Assembly: GCF_006345805.1 (NCBI RefSeq)
Contig: NC_043008.1
Location: forward strand, 43,338,001 to 43,402,000
Source: Octopus sinensis
Taxonomy: Eukaryota
Direction of reading: 5' to 3'
Length of the DNA stretch: 64,000 bases
Shown: positions 62,976-64,000 of the stretch, one piece after another
How positions within the stretch are numbered: the first letter of the stretch is position 1
Layout of the letters: each line of letters opens with the position of its first letter
Made by a program: the position numbers and the translations under genes
Notes under the pieces: model-generated
Database searches by the model: none
What the model was told of the DNA's origin: nothing
The model's input: the letters and a program-made list of their open reading frames with translations, nothing else

Positions 62976-64000
62976 CTACGACAAAATCGCAGACTACAGC
63001 ATACACGTGATCACAAAAACACAAATTCCACAACCTGAGAAATAAACACAGCGATGTCACTCGACACACTGCCTCATGAAGCTCTCTGTTAGCTCTCGTT
63101 GCACACATAACCATGTGCTTCCATATGTTGGCACACTAGAGAACCAGTCCAGAAATATTTTGATACCACCTCGCATCTATGTAGGATTCAGTTTTTCCTT
63201 TTTTTGCTCTGGTTAAATAAAATGAAATATTTCTTCTAGTGTTTTCGGTGGTGCGAAGCAAAGTGTAGACTTTATTTTGGTTCTGAATGCATAACATTTA
63301 CCCATCTCTCATCGGTTATTGACTTCTGTTACTAAGATATCTTTAAGCAATTGTTTGTCTTGACTGTCTCCCATTTCAAATTGAAGATTATGATTTACCC
63401 CATTAAGAAATATCTGTTTTAAATTCATATATTTTCTCTCTACTCTCATTGCTTACAACAAATACACTGTCACTTAAAAAGTACCCCCTAACTAAATTTG
63501 CATAGGTTATGGCTACTTGGGTCTCCATCATTCTTCCAAGAACTCTCACAGTCTCACAATCAATAACATATTTATGTAATATGAAGTAAATATCAGATGG
63601 GATCAATAAATAAACAAGATTGTCGATAATAATTAACAGTAAATACAGAATTGTTATTTTCGAGAATAAATTGTAATTCTTCAGTTATTAATTTATTTCT
63701 ATACTTTTGGTAATTTATCAGAGAATCTCTCCATCCACGATTCCATCGCTTTTATTTTATAATCATGAATGTTGTTGGTGTAAAATTTGAGTACATCAAA
63801 TTTTGTTTTCATTGACGTATTCGGAAGGTAATTTCATTTATCAAAGCTATCTCTTATTTATAAAATTTAATGCGTTTTGGCAGTTGTTTCAATTGTCTAC
63901 AAAACTCAGACGCTAATTCCATGATGGGTCAGATACTGTTGGCCCTAATTTTAAACTATTTAGTGTGAAAATATCGATACATAAAATCGTACATTCTTTG

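Overview
AT-rich, intron-containing animal DNA dominated by microsatellites and transposon relics. The SINE families and simple-repeat load point to an octopus-like cephalopod (inference). One gene is well supported: a spliceosomal cyclophilin H (PPIH) on the + strand, with six GT-AG coding exons from 5664 to 15196 encoding the last 155 aa. Its first coding exon was not found and probably lies upstream of the window. The rest is decayed mobile DNA: at least five SINE-like families, RTE, CR1 and HERO-like LINE fragments, hAT, mariner and maT (DD37D-type) relics, Penelope-like termini and several long foldback MITE-like elements. There is also a 690-bp tandem duplication that may be an assembly artefact and a 100-N gap. 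The most interesting signals are RNA-level. (1) Hammerhead-ribozyme motifs: a canonical-core type I motif with a long stem II at 21263-21391 (-) and a tandem pair of minimal variant-core motifs at 43340-43597 (+). (2) Foldbacks and inverted SINEs inside PPIH introns that would form dsRNA (editing or circRNA candidates). (3) A 75-bp hairpin whose only two mismatches are G-U pairs on one strand. (4) Unidentified coding-like relics at about 16.1-16.4, 17.2-17.4, 19.3-20.7 and 51.3-51.5 kb. No database searches were possible, so family names come from motif recognition and most repeat boundaries are approximate. I see no clear evidence of a wholly new system; the ribozyme and dsRNA candidates are the best leads.
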